The notes under the pieces: model-generated
What the model saw: only the letters and a program-made list of their open reading frames with translations
Told to the model about the DNA's origin: nothing
The model's database searches: none
Shown: in pieces, positions 41,892 through 53,100 of the stretch
Numbering within the stretch: the first letter of the stretch is position 1
Layout of the letters: each line of letters opens with the position of its first letter
Source of the DNA: Tubiluchus corallicola
Lineage: Eukaryota > Animalia > Priapulida
Direction of reading: 5' to 3'
Length of the DNA stretch: 64,000 nucleotides
Assembly (NCBI GenBank): GCA_030141605.1
Contig: JAQGDQ010000088.1
Coordinates: 62,001-126,000, forward strand
Made by a program: the position numbers and the translations under genes

Positions 41892-44619
41892 CAGCAGTAA
41901 TTTTTGTGTTATATGTTTTAGTGTAGAATATGTTTTGTGTTTAATATAACATAGGTTTGGGTCATTCATATCTCATAGTGAAATGCAAAAATTGATAGAA
42001 TGCCACGTCTAAGTTTATGCGAGTTTTTCTGGATGGCACTATGGGACACCAGAACAGTAACTGTTGAAAACATTTGGGCCTCTTACACTTTGCTTTGTAA
42101 GCAACTTAGCAAAATAGTACATGTAAGTCAATTAGATTTGTTACCTGTGTGATGCTTACAATACATTACATTGTGACACCATTCTCTTAAATTTCTAGTT
42201 AATGGAGAATTTTTATATTGTTAACACTTTTAACAAAATTGATTTTAAAAAATATTTGTAACTTTATAATGATTTTTTAGTATATGTAAGTGTAAAAATA
42301 GTACTGCATTTCATCTGCAGATAACGGGAATTATTTTTGCATAATTTAGCTTGTGATATTTTAAAGATTTTGAGATGAAATTTTTAAAAGTAAACTTCTT
42401 ATTGATTATCTTTTCACTAATCATGATTGCATTATTGTATTTACCTGTAAAAAGTACATAATATAGTTTATCTGTACATAGCTTGTAAAAATGCAGTTTT
42501 ATGCGCTTGCAGTATTAAATGTGTATATTTTAATTATGGATTCTTGAAAGGTAGAACTTTATAATTGTGTAAATGAAATGACACTTTAAATTTTTTGTTG
42601 GTATTGATAGGCTAATGCAGACTTCTTGGGCATTTTAGTGTATTCCTATATGTAATAGGTTACTGAGTCAGTTATTGTTGTAAAACTAAATGGGGTGATA
42701 GGGATTATGAATCTCGGTAATCTAAGCTGCAATAGTGCATATTTTAAAGAAAGCAATACGCCTAGCATTCTTTTTAATAGATGCTCAGTGCATCATAATT
42801 CTAAGGATACAAGTTGGTTTCTAGTAATTTTTCCTTTTTCTCATAACTTTCTTATTTATTACCATTGTCTGGTAAATGAAGCACTGTCTTCATCCACTAA
42901 TTGGCTTAAAAAGCTGTTGTTCAGAATTCCTGGAAGTATTCAATACATTCAGATTTTATAAAGACTAGGGTACGATTATTTCATAATTTTCAATTGCTGG
43001 ATTTGCTAGCAAGTTCACTTGGGAATTACACTGCTCTTGTTTTTGTTAACTGTTCACTTTGTAGTTCTGTGAAAGTCTTACGTGGACTCATAGGAAACTC
43101 TTTAGTGAAACTTCTGGAAAAAGGGTTACCGTCAAAATGTGGCCGTCGTTAATTTCGTACTTACATCCTTTAAGGATTGTTAAATGTATCAATAATGGTA
43201 ATTTTTTCTTCTCAATTTTAAATGATAAACTTCATTGTGAAGTTGACGTTTTTACATGCCCTGCCCTTGTTAAGCACTAAGTACACAGCATGTAGTTTTT
43301 TTGTTGTTAATAGACTGTTAGCTATTTTAATGTTGTGCATTTTGTGCTTGTAAATATTATGTGGTTGTGTATATGGTAGATGAATAACTTATACATTTTG
43401 CTATAGTGAGCAATCATGGAGCTAGACTGCATACTAATGCTTTTCTGCCGGGATGTATTTTTGGTGTAGTAAGTACTGTAAATAAGAAGGGTAGCGTTAT
43501 CCGTACAAAAAAACTACAGATCAGGGATTTGTGAATCTCTATCAAATTAATTTGGTTGTGAACTTTGAATTATAAGAAATAGTTTCAAAAAGTTTGTATA
43601 AATGATGATATTCTACATTGTTCTTATTCTTTCTTAATTAAATCCTTGTATATCAAAATTTATCAGGGTTGTACTTTTGCATACAACAGTTTGCTTTCGT
43701 CTACAATAAGAATAACAGGCGACTCAATTTCTGGGGTGTTTTTTAAATGGTTGACTGTAAAATTCTATTAGTTTTTTAACATCTAAACTCTACAAAAATA
43801 GGAAACATAGAATGCATGAGCATGTGTAGTACTTTTGCAGCTTTCAAATGCATTGAACATTTACGTGAATCATGTGGATATGTTTGTCAAAGAAAAGTAG
43901 TAAAACATTAAAACACATTGCTGTAGTGTTTCTTTTTTTGATAACTGTTGTCTTAGTTGCATCTAATATTGGTTCAATTTGCTACTGCAACTTGACCACT
44001 TTTTCCACTAGAAAACGAATATGTAAGCCAAATTATCACATTTTTCTTTCTTAGGCCAAGTGAACAATACATGAATAAATAAGTAGGGAAAACATATACA
44101 TTTACAATATTTTAAGAACGCTGTTCAGTGTTTAAAAAGTTATTTTCGACGTTTTGTAATAATTATAAAGTTGACAATCACTGTTTTTCCTTACCAAGAT
44201 GGTACAAGAGCTCATACCACTAAAAAAACTGACTATTTAAGAAACCCATTTAAGACGTGTTTAAAGTTGCTATGTGACAGCTTAAACCAGCTTGCGTACA
44301 TGAGTGATGTACATTTTTTCATGGAAAATAATGTTCTGACTCGAAAACCAATAATGGCACCAAGTTGAAAAACAATTCAAGTCCAACAATTTGTGCTCCC
44401 TTGAAAAGACAACTTGAACTTGGCCATAATACATTGCAACTGATTTAGAGTTTAGCTCACTGAACGACAGGCAAAACAGAGCAGGAATCATATTTGTTCA
44501 TTTTCTTGTATATTAACCAAAATTCTCACATGCATTACAGTTGATTTAGGATTTAACTCATGCAAAACAAAGCATGAATCATGTTTGTTCTGTTTCTTGC
44601 ATATTACCAAAAATTCTCA

Positions 44620-45113
44620 TTAGCATCTAAAAAGTTTGACTGAAACTATTGGTCAAGGGACACGCTGAACTTGAGCGAAAATCTGGTTCCATCAACAAAT
44701 GCGAAATTTGTTCGAGTATATTCGTTTACAGGTTAGATTTAGATTTGGGTTTTTAGAAAATATTAATGCTGCCATCTTGAATTCAAGATGGCAAAATAGA
44801 AAAAATGACATTAATGCCACTATCTGACACCATTGTTCATTCTAGTATGTTCCTATAAAGCTTCATGACAACCAATTGCATGCCTTTTTCGAAAATGTTA
44901 TGATGGTCATCTTGAACTCAAAATGGCAGACTGAAAATCTAACAATGGTCGATTCAGAATTCACTCTAGTATATTTTTGTAAAATTTAGTGACAATCCAT
45001 TGAAAATAAGCAAAGCCTTGGCCTTTTTTCAAAAAGGTCATCCCTCCAACAACGTTGTCCAGAAAAACAGGGATTTAGATCGAGTTCTCGACCCAAAAAA
45101 GTAACTTTGTTGG
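44620..45113. repeat. Probable small non-autonomous element with palindromic subunits
   Basis: Perfect 24-bp palindrome TGCCATCTTGAATTCAAGATGGCA at 44770-44793 and a degenerate copy at ~44905; short hairpin TTGAC...GTCAA near 44636-44656. Boundaries uncertain. Confidence 0.4.
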
Positions 45114-45152
45114 TCAACATGCAACTTCATCTTGTTCAGTTTAGCACGTAAT

Positions 45153-45194
45153 TTTATTTAAGACAGGTTTTATTGATCAATGTGAGTTTTTATT
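45153..45194 (-). terminator. Cluster of candidate polyadenylation signals for the POLR3K/PIGP unit
   Basis: Three AATAAA hexamers on the minus strand (45194-45189, 45174-45169, 45158-45153) about 400 nt after the PIG-P stop; an ATTAAA also lies at 45564-45559. The AT-rich background limits certainty. Confidence 0.45.
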
Positions 45195-45585
45195 TACTAC
45201 ATAATTAAAATACCCCTTGTGCATATCAGCACACCTGCTTTGAAAAGCAAAAACGAAACAATGGCAGAGGCATGAAATTACAACCATAGTAACTGAAAAG
45301 TATACGTGAACGTGACTTGTTTACTGGCGTTCATGCTCAATATGTACCTGCTCTAACTCATTGTAAGGCACTCATTTTTTTCTGGAAGCTTGATTAACAG
45401 CTTTACTACAATCCTTGATATTTTGGTTATTAGTACATAATCAAATTATAAAATCATCATAGAGCATCTAAGTTGTCTATCCAATATTTACATACCAGTA
45501 TATTAATTAGCTCATAGTTTCATTAAACAATGTCACTGCGCTTAGAATAAATATTGCTTTTAATCATTTTACATTAAATCACACT

Positions 45586-45972
45586 TCACAAGTAAAGTTC
45601 TTTGCACACTTTACTGATATGTATATCTGATAAAGGTGGTACAGCTCCCTCGGGTAATTTTTTAATATCACTTGTTGGCACAACAGCATGTTTATCTGTT
45701 ACAGTATTTATAGAGCACAATGACAAGGTTATGAGAAAGTTAATTGCAATGAATGTCACATAAGCGAACAGAATGGCTACAAAAGATAAAACTGGAATTG
45801 CCAATGCCCAATACTTGTGGGGCCAATATGTTAAGCCGATTGCATGTAGCCAGCTTTGCGGAATGTATGCCCATACTAAATATATAGCAAGGCTCAGGTA
45901 GGAAGCAAGATAAAGAGCGAAGCCATAGATGGCTCGTTCTGGTGCAGGCAAAGGAGCATTCTCATTTGACAT
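45586..45972 (-). CDS. PIGP: Phosphatidylinositol N-acetylglucosaminyltransferase subunit P (PIG-P), intronless, 128 aa
   Basis: MSNENAPLPAPERAIYGF...YLVWAYIPQSWLHAIGLTYWPHKYWALAIP...PPLSDIHISKV matches the PIG-P hallmark motifs. First ATG is at 45972-45970 (the ORF track start at 45984 is a TTG); stop TGA 45588-45586. Confidence 0.95.
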   Translation of the reverse strand: MSNENAPLPAPERAIYGFALYLASYLSLAIYLVWAYIPQSWLHAIGLTYWPHKYWALAIPVLSFVAILFAYVTFIAINFLITLSLCSINTVTDKHAVVPTSDIKKLPEGAVPPLSDIHISKVCKELYL

Positions 45973-46007
45973 TGCAGATTCCAATTGTATTTCACTTTAG
46001 ATCTTGT

Positions 46008-46223
46008 TTATTCTCTCCATCTATAACCACATTCTGAATTGCAACACTTGTAAAATGTTGTCATTGGTTCATCCGCAGATCTGGTTTGTATTTGCATAAA
46101 GTAAGCCCGTGGATTTTCACATTTGGGACATTTCTCTTCTGTTGAATCCACATTTTCCCATGCTGCTGATCCGCCAAGTACGTCATCCACCTCTTTTAGC
46201 TTGGGGTAACTTCTATTGGTAAT
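46008..46223 (-). CDS. POLR3K: RNA polymerase III subunit RPC10/C11, coding exon 2
   Basis: Acceptor tttccAG|ATT; encodes [28 protein letters not shown]...CPKC...[16 protein letters not shown]...WRE then TAA (TFIIS-like Zn ribbon with RSADEP). Confidence 0.97.
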   Translation of the reverse strand: MTNRSYPKLKEVDDVLGGSAAWENVDSTEEKCPKCENPRAYFMQIQTRSADEPMTTFYKCCNSECGYRWRE

Positions 46224-46794
46224 CTGGAAAGCAACAATGCTGTTCTGACTTACTCTACACAGCAAGAAACAGGAAATAGACTTACTTTAATATTAGCATG
46301 ATTAAAATTTAAGTTAATTACATGTAATTAATTATAAACTAACTACATAAAAACAAGCCTTAAGTACTGGGTAAACTTGTTTCCCAAAAAGTTTTTGCCA
46401 GAAAAATTTCCTTCCCAGAAAAAAATTACCAGAAAAGATTTTTTCACGGAATTGTCATTTCCTAGAACCGTCATTGCATAGAAAATAAAACTCACTGAAA
46501 ATATAATAAATCCTTTTTAAAAAGCAGTTAGATAAAGGATATCTGATGGTAGAAGTATCTCGCAGATCATCTACTTGATCATCAAGAGGAGAGAGTCTAT
46601 AACATCAATGAAAACAGTGGATGGCCCCTCCCTTCAGGAAGGTGTTCACAGCTGATGGTTAATTAGTTAAATGCACAATTAATTAAATTTTGATACCAAA
46701 TTTGTAATCAGGACAGGAAATGTGAAAAGTTTGAACACAGTCTGGAGATGAGCAATCAACTGTGAGGGATCAACTTTGGACTGCTCTGATCACT

Positions 46795-47160
46795 GGAAAC
46801 ACAGTGGCCTAATGGTTGTGGCATCAGCCTTGTAAGCCGAAGCTCACTGCTTTGAACAGAGGTTATCGATTTTTACATTCTTATCAAATATAAGTTTGAC
46901 AATTACAGATTTCGATAATGGTATTATGAGAATGCAATTTTGTAATTAATTCAAAATTGATTTTACTTTGTATTAAAAAACTGTTCAAATATCTTTTTAC
47001 TTGATTAACTTCCCAACCATTATTCAAGTCACAATTCATGTAATTTCCAGAAGCGTTCTGTCTATCAGTGTGAAACGCATTCCTGAACAAATATGTCCGT
47101 GCCCATTGAGGCTACTATATATTGCTACATTTGAAGTTTTTTGAGGGTAGTGTATTATAA
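46795..47160 (+). mobile_element. Possible tRNA-derived SINE remnant
   Basis: Box A-like GTGGCCTAATGG (~46804) and degenerate box B-like GCTTTGAAC (~46849) at tRNA-like spacing; no clean cloverleaf; 3' extent is a guess. Confidence 0.35.
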
Positions 47161-48299
47161 CACAGTTTAGAAAAGTGCTATTGATATATAAGGGGAAATG
47201 GGTTATAAACACCATAGTATTGACTTGGAAATTGTCAAATAGATTTCACCACCCCAATCCAACTTGGAAAATAATAACAAAATTTAATACTAGAATAATC
47301 GGTTTAATATCCAATTCTGAATCTGAAATAACTGTTTATAATTCAAGCCTATGGCTATGATACATCCCAGTGTCTAGCATACGGCTGCTGGCTTCCAGCA
47401 TTCAGCCTTCACAACAAACCATACAAGAAAGCGCCTGATGTCCAATATCTTTGTTCAATGCAGAAAAACAAAATGGATGATATCAAATTGACTTTTTAAT
47501 ACCTTATCTTTTTCACATTATTTATTCATATAATAATTTGCAGAGCTAGTCATTATAGGCTACTTGAAGAACAGATGCTGAATGCCACATGCTTAAAAAT
47601 ACGGAAATCTTCCAGCGTCTGCTAACCATAATCTTTTGTTTCATCACCCACAGACAGTATATACGTTCTTTCTCGCTTTCAGATGCCGGACGCCTCGGTG
47701 TATGACATGTTTTACATGGCTGAAATGTCAACCTCGTTTAACGCCCAAATTTTTCATGACAAAAAATGTCTATATGTGGATAGACATGTAGGTTTTTATG
47801 CACCTCGTTATAATGCCAAACTCGCTTAATGCTGCAATTTTTTGCAGTACATATAAGTAGGCGGTATAAAAAGGTTTGACTGTATTGGCTTTAAAAATGA
47901 ACCTGAACAACGGGCTTACTGGAGTGATGCAGTATGGTTTAGCAGCACCATTGAAAGGTTTAGTCAAAACTCTTAAACAATAAATAAATACATAGGGGTA
48001 ATCCAAATGGCTACATGGTGCCTGAGAATGGCCGCTCAAGCTGACTCGTTATCCCTGTGAATTGCAGAACCGCATATCGTCTCGTCATCTATATACATGT
48101 GCAGTGAGGCAGCTAACTCTATGGGCAGCCTAACTCTAACTCTATGCTTATAATGCACCCGTTGTTTCATTGGCCACATTCCACAAATCAGCAACATGCT
48201 CCAGTAACTTGCACTTATTCTTTGTTTTAACATTCCACACATAATTTCCTTTTGCTAAGATTATATTTTTTGTCATTTATTTTCACTTAGTGTTCCCCA

Positions 48300-50140
48300 T
48301 ACTTCCATATTTGTTAATAAAGTAGAAGTCACTGTTTCACAAACTAATAATCTAATTTTCATAATTGATCTCCTACTTCATTCTATCACATCAACTCATA
48401 ATTTCCCTTTTCATGTAACCAATTTTCTTACTTCTTTTTCTTATACTCATATCATAGGTTCCTTTTTCTGTAATATAACCACCGAAGTTCTTGTAATGGT
48501 CTACATTTGCAGTTCTTACTCTTTTACACATAATTTTTCACATTCTTTTCTTCATTTTTTTCGTTTACTAGGATTTAAATGTATGTGTTGCTACTTGTCC
48601 ACCCAGAAAGTAAAAAACTAATAATGGTTTTCTACGTAAAAGTGTTCAATCACAAGAAAAAACCCGTTATTAAAACAGAACATGTGTGTTAAGTAAAAAA
48701 ATAGTGTCGTTAAACGAAGACTTACTATATTTGAAGGAAAGTATTATATTAGCAAAACACACTTGTAATATGTAGGGCTTATGGGGGTCATTAGTATTTG
48801 ATGAATGGCTAATAGGAAAAATGTGTTATTTTTTTTTAAACATGGCACATTTTTTTTAATTCTTCCATTCTTCTACAGCTCTTTATTGCTTTTGTTACTA
48901 TTTCCGCTGTTCTCATACTTAGTAATTATATTATTTACATAGATTCAAGCATCTATGCTTACATCACTGTCAAAATGTACAGCACTCCTTTCACTTATTC
49001 TGCTTATTTTATCAGTACTAGAGCAACACATAATTGGTCCACACTGTACCTTGTTTTCCTGTTTCCCCAACCTTAAACTGTTTCCAACTGCTGTGACAAT
49101 TTTCACTGTCGACTGTTCATTTAACTTATATATTAAATTTAAATCATTTTCTTGTAGTTCTATTTGCCATAACTCTATCAAACAGTCTCGTAAGCCATAG
49201 CTTATCAAAACACTTCATCACATCTACAACTACAAGTTTTGCTTGTTTTTTATAAAAATTGCAAATCTCTATAAACCAATATAATACAAATAGAATATTC
49301 ATTATTATTATTCCCTTTTTACCACCACATTGACTTTCACTTAGTCCTACGTTTATTTATTTCTTTGTAATATTATTTGTTCTAGCAATTTAGAAATTTT
49401 ACTAGTTAGAAAGATTCCTTTTAAATTTTTCAAACTCATTTTTTGCACCTTTTTCTTATATATTGATTTTATTATCATCTCATTCCATTCTTCTGGTATT
49501 CTTTCTTGGCTAATGACATCATTTGACAGAATACATAAGCTAGCTACCAGATCACTTCCTGCCATCTTTAACATTTCATTTTTCCACCCTTGACTATCTA
49601 ATACTTTCCAGTTTTTGTTTTTTATAGCATCATTCATCTCTTCTCGTATTACTTGTCTTATCTGTTTGCTTTTTATAATATTTACGACTTCTATTACTTT
49701 TAACGCTTCATTAATTTCTTCTTCTAAGTAACTTTGATTTGTGTTTTGCAGCAGTTCATTTTAAAATCTAATATATTCTTTTTTCAATATGTTCTTTATC
49801 AGTTATAAACTGATTTTGAGATTTTATTCCACATCTAACTTCTTTATTGGTATGTGACTCTCTTTTTATACTTCCAGAAGACCCCACCTTTTACTGTGCC
49901 TTCTTTTTTAATGTTCTACGCAGTCTTAATAGTTTTCCTAGCTTTAGCTTCCTGTTCGCATTTCAACAGATGCTCATTAATTAGCCTTATTCTAAAGTTT
50001 AAAAAACCTTTTTTATTTTATTTAACACTCTGGCTTCTTTTGAGATATTTTCTCTTCTTCTTTATGTTTCTTGTATTACACACACTTTTCATTGCAATTA
50101 CTTTTGCACTCCACATTGAATATTTTTCTTGAAAGTCTAT
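48300..50140 (-). mobile_element. Decayed LINE ORF2, RT-containing part (downstream of the Harbinger insertion)
   Basis: Remnants GWKNEMLKMAG...IPEEWNEMIIKSIYKKK...LKNLKGIFLTSKISKLLEQII and DCLIELW...LIYKLNE...QCGPIMCC are non-LTR RT motifs; many stops and frameshifts. Confidence 0.85.
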
Positions 50141-50455
50141 GGGCCGCATGAGTAAAAATGAAGTATCTACTGAGAAGCTTAGTGCGTACATTTACTTCGA
50201 GTATAAAGTTTTTGCTATGTAGCACAAACCAAAGTTATTACTAAAGACAGAAGCTTATACCAAGCTCTTTAGTAAATACTACAAATCCTATGTGAGCGAA
50301 AAAGTTTATACTTCATTTCATATGATGAACCTTTTGTTTTTACTAAACTGCTTGCATTCTTGTAAGTGTAATGCTACGATTGTCTTCAGCATCGTCATGT
50401 GGGTCTCATCGTTTTTTAACATACAACCTGCATTTTGCAGGAAATATGTACGAAA

Positions 50456-51200
50456 ATGTCTGAAGAGGAAGACGTGGAAATGATGACCGAAGAAGACATG
50501 CAAATAGTTTTTGTCGCTTTGCTAATAGGAAGAGAAATACTCTTATCCAAAAGTCAGTTGCGCGATGTGAGGGCCAAAAAACGAAGGCATTAAAAGAATT
50601 GGCTGATGTGATTAAGAAAAACATCAGAAAAACAGTAGACTTAAAAGCTTTGACGAAAAAGGTAAACAACATGAAAAGCAAGATACGAAGCAGGTAAGTT
50701 GCCTAGAAACAAAACAAGTAGGACATTTATTTTTAATATAGTGTTGTTATCTTCAAGTCAGTTTTCGTCATCATTACCATCATTGTTATTGCTATGTCAT
50801 ACAGCATGTAAGTCTGCATGATTCTTCATAAAGTTCTTTACATTATCTTTTTAGATGTGACCTGAACAAGAACTGGAAATACAGCAATTAAACTGTATTT
50901 ACAGTTTAATACAATTACATTGTATCCCAGGTGCTATGTCTTGTAGCCAAACAATCTGGAACCAATTTCCAAGCTTCAATCAATACCAGAAACTTCAACA
51001 ACCACTGCGATACCTTCTGAGGGCCAACTAGACATGCCAGTCAGTCAGTTTCTAAGCCAGTCAGTAAACTAGCCAAAAGAAAGTTTCCACCACTTGAAAC
51101 AACAGAGACGGCAAATCTAACCAACGCTGAACTAACCTAACTGACTTGTGTTGCTAGAGCAGTTGTACTTTTATCGAGAACAAAGAAAAGCACTGTGCAC
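50456..51200 (+). pseudogene. Harbinger Myb/SANT-like DNA-binding protein (frameshifted, one probable intron)
   Basis: MSEEEDVEM...ILLSKSQLRDVRAKK / KALKELADVI...KKVNNMKSKIRS, donor AG|GTAAGT at ~50693, acceptor ttttAG at ~50853, then CDLNK/TGNTAIKL; resembles Harbinger accessory proteins. Confidence 0.65.
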
Positions 51201-51479
51201 CACAGTACCAACCACTACATCATTTTTTATGGAAGCAGTAGAAAGCACAGCATATGAGCAGCCACTACGACTACCAACTACCACTACTTAAACGACTACC
51301 ACTACCAACAGCAGCAGCAACAGCAACAATTTGTCTTTTCTTATTCTTCCTCTAGCCCTTATTTCTTTCTCTTGTGATTCACTTCTTTTCTAAAAACGCT
51401 GTTGCTGTGCCAAGAGAAAAGCTGCAATGTCGTTGGGTTTTTTTTCCCCACTTCCCTTGTCTTAACTGCAGGGTTTTGA

Positions 51480-52812
51480 ACATCATCAACATGTTTGTGT
51501 GGATGCTCTGCTAAGTCAGCATCGTTAAACTTGTGGGCACGTTGCAAAATGTCAACATCATCATTCAGTAGTTTACCGATGTTGTACAGCATAAAGTAAC
51601 ACATTATATATTTTGTAACCCATACTAACTTCAGTCACACCTTATAATCTAGCATTGGAAATCATCGTTTTACCTGACCAAACATTCTTTCAACAATGAT
51701 CTTTCATGAGAGTGATGTCAGGTGAACACAGATCGAAGCTAGTTTTTGAGGTTTTTATATGGTGCCATCAGCCTTGGACTTATCCAGTAACGCTCATAAT
51801 AATATGGCTCCAAACCTTTGCTGTTGCAGCCAAATTCCAGCTAATGATCTTCACCAAATCCTGCTGTCATGCACTGATGCTGGCCAACAAGTATCTATAC
51901 TTGTCACAACATCATCTGTGTTGACAGTCACTTGGACATTTATACTCGTTACATCTTTCTTATTAACATGCTCATCTTTGTAAACAGATGGCGTAACAAT
52001 ACGCACATGAGTACAACCAACGGCTCCTATTACATTCGGAATCGAAAATCGTTCAAGCCATTTGGCTTTCGCGTTAGCGACATCTTTATTTATTGTTGGA
52101 AACTTTATTACATCATTGCACTTTTCACAAATTTTATTTATCATTTCGTTGACTATCTTGCAAACTAGTTTAATGTAAACCTAAATCTTCTCCGACACCT
52201 ACTTGAAATCCAGGGTCTGCAGTATATGTAATAATCTGGAAAATGTTATTTAACAGTGCCAAGTAATGATAATATCACTAATAAGGTGCACTGCAAAACA
52301 TAAGTGGTAAAATATTATCATAATTGTCATCCTTATCATTGATATCATCATCATCTTCATCATCATTGTTACAGTTGTTGTCATTGTTATCATCATCATC
52401 ACCATCATCATAATTTATTTTCATCTTCATTAATTGCAGCAACAATAAAACCAAAAACAGCAAGAGTCGATGGAGCCCAAGCCTCAGAACTTACATATTT
52501 TACACAAATATATATCAATATTATATATTTATATCCATAATTTTACACATATATACACAAATACACCAACAGAATTAAAATATTATAAGCTAGCTAAGGC
52601 ACTAATTTACAAAAATCGTAAATAACTTTCGTAATTAATTTCCTAAAGTAACAAGTCCCGAAAACACCTGCATCTTTTCAAAACTTGAAAGAGCACCCCT
52701 CTTCATTCTTTAAAAGCACCTGGGAAGAAATAATCAGCCATCCACTGCACATTCTCTGGTTCGAATCTAAATAAGCTCTTAAATCGTTTTATTGCTATTT
52801 TGCATCTGTCAT
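51480..52812 (-). pseudogene. Harbinger (HARBI1-like, DDE_Tnp_4) transposase pseudogene
   Basis: FKSLFRFEPENVQWMADYF..RGALS (N-terminal part), DPGFQVGVGEDLG, then IPNVIGAVGCTHVRI...SINVQ...WPASVHDSRIW; the first catalytic Asp (GAID) reads Gly; stops present. Confidence 0.85.
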
Positions 52813-53100
52813 AATATACTTTCTGCTTTCTTGTCACACTAGGTATAACTCCCGCCATATTCTTGCACAGCAAATCCATGTTCAGAGTAGCTTCGCAAAA
52901 TCATAGTATTTACTAAGGAATGCGACTTTTTATTCATACCAATCGTACTTTGTTGTGAAGTAAAAACTAAAGTATATACTCTGGCATTAAAGGGAAGTAT
53001 CTACTATAGTTTATACTACTAATCTTCATCATATGAAATGAAATAGCTACTACGACAATCGTAATAAAAAAGCATAATCCAAATTTTATTCACACAGGCC

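Larger units (their letters stand above)
50141..53100. mobile_element. PIF/Harbinger DNA transposon (2960 bp, decayed) with transposase and Myb/SANT-like genes
   Basis: Imperfect TIRs GGGCCGCATGAGTAAAA vs reverse complement of the right end GGCCTGTGTGAATAAAA (12/17); TAT on both flanks (50138-50140, 53101-53103); two convergent pseudogenes inside. Confidence 0.85.

Noticed and set aside
45973-45984. PIG-P start at 45984 (MESAM...)
   Set aside because: That codon is TTG; the ATG at 45972 gives an N-terminus matching typical PIG-P length.
45586-46223. POLR3K-PIGP fusion protein by stop-codon readthrough
   Set aside because: The ORFs are in different frames and the PIG-P frame has a TAA within the spacer.
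46224-46265. N-terminal [14 protein letters not shown] of the 46008-46265 ORF
   Set aside because: Intronic sequence upstream of the acceptor; the real N-terminus comes from exon 1 at 54125-54235.
46370-46490. Periodic TTCC..GAAAA motifs, also at about 60070-60230
   Set aside because: Possibly MITE subterminal repeats, but I found no matching termini or TSD, and the low complexity makes the similarity unreliable.
46795-46870. Functional tRNA gene
   Set aside because: Box B is degenerate and I could not fold a convincing cloverleaf; at most a SINE head.
52278-52463. Asp/Asn-rich 61-aa ORF
   Set aside because: A (CAT)n low-complexity tract inside the probable transposase intron.
51480-52812. 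Domesticated HARBI1-like host gene
   Set aside because: It has stops, frameshifts and a mutated catalytic Asp, and lies between TIRs and a TSD, so it is a dead transposon.
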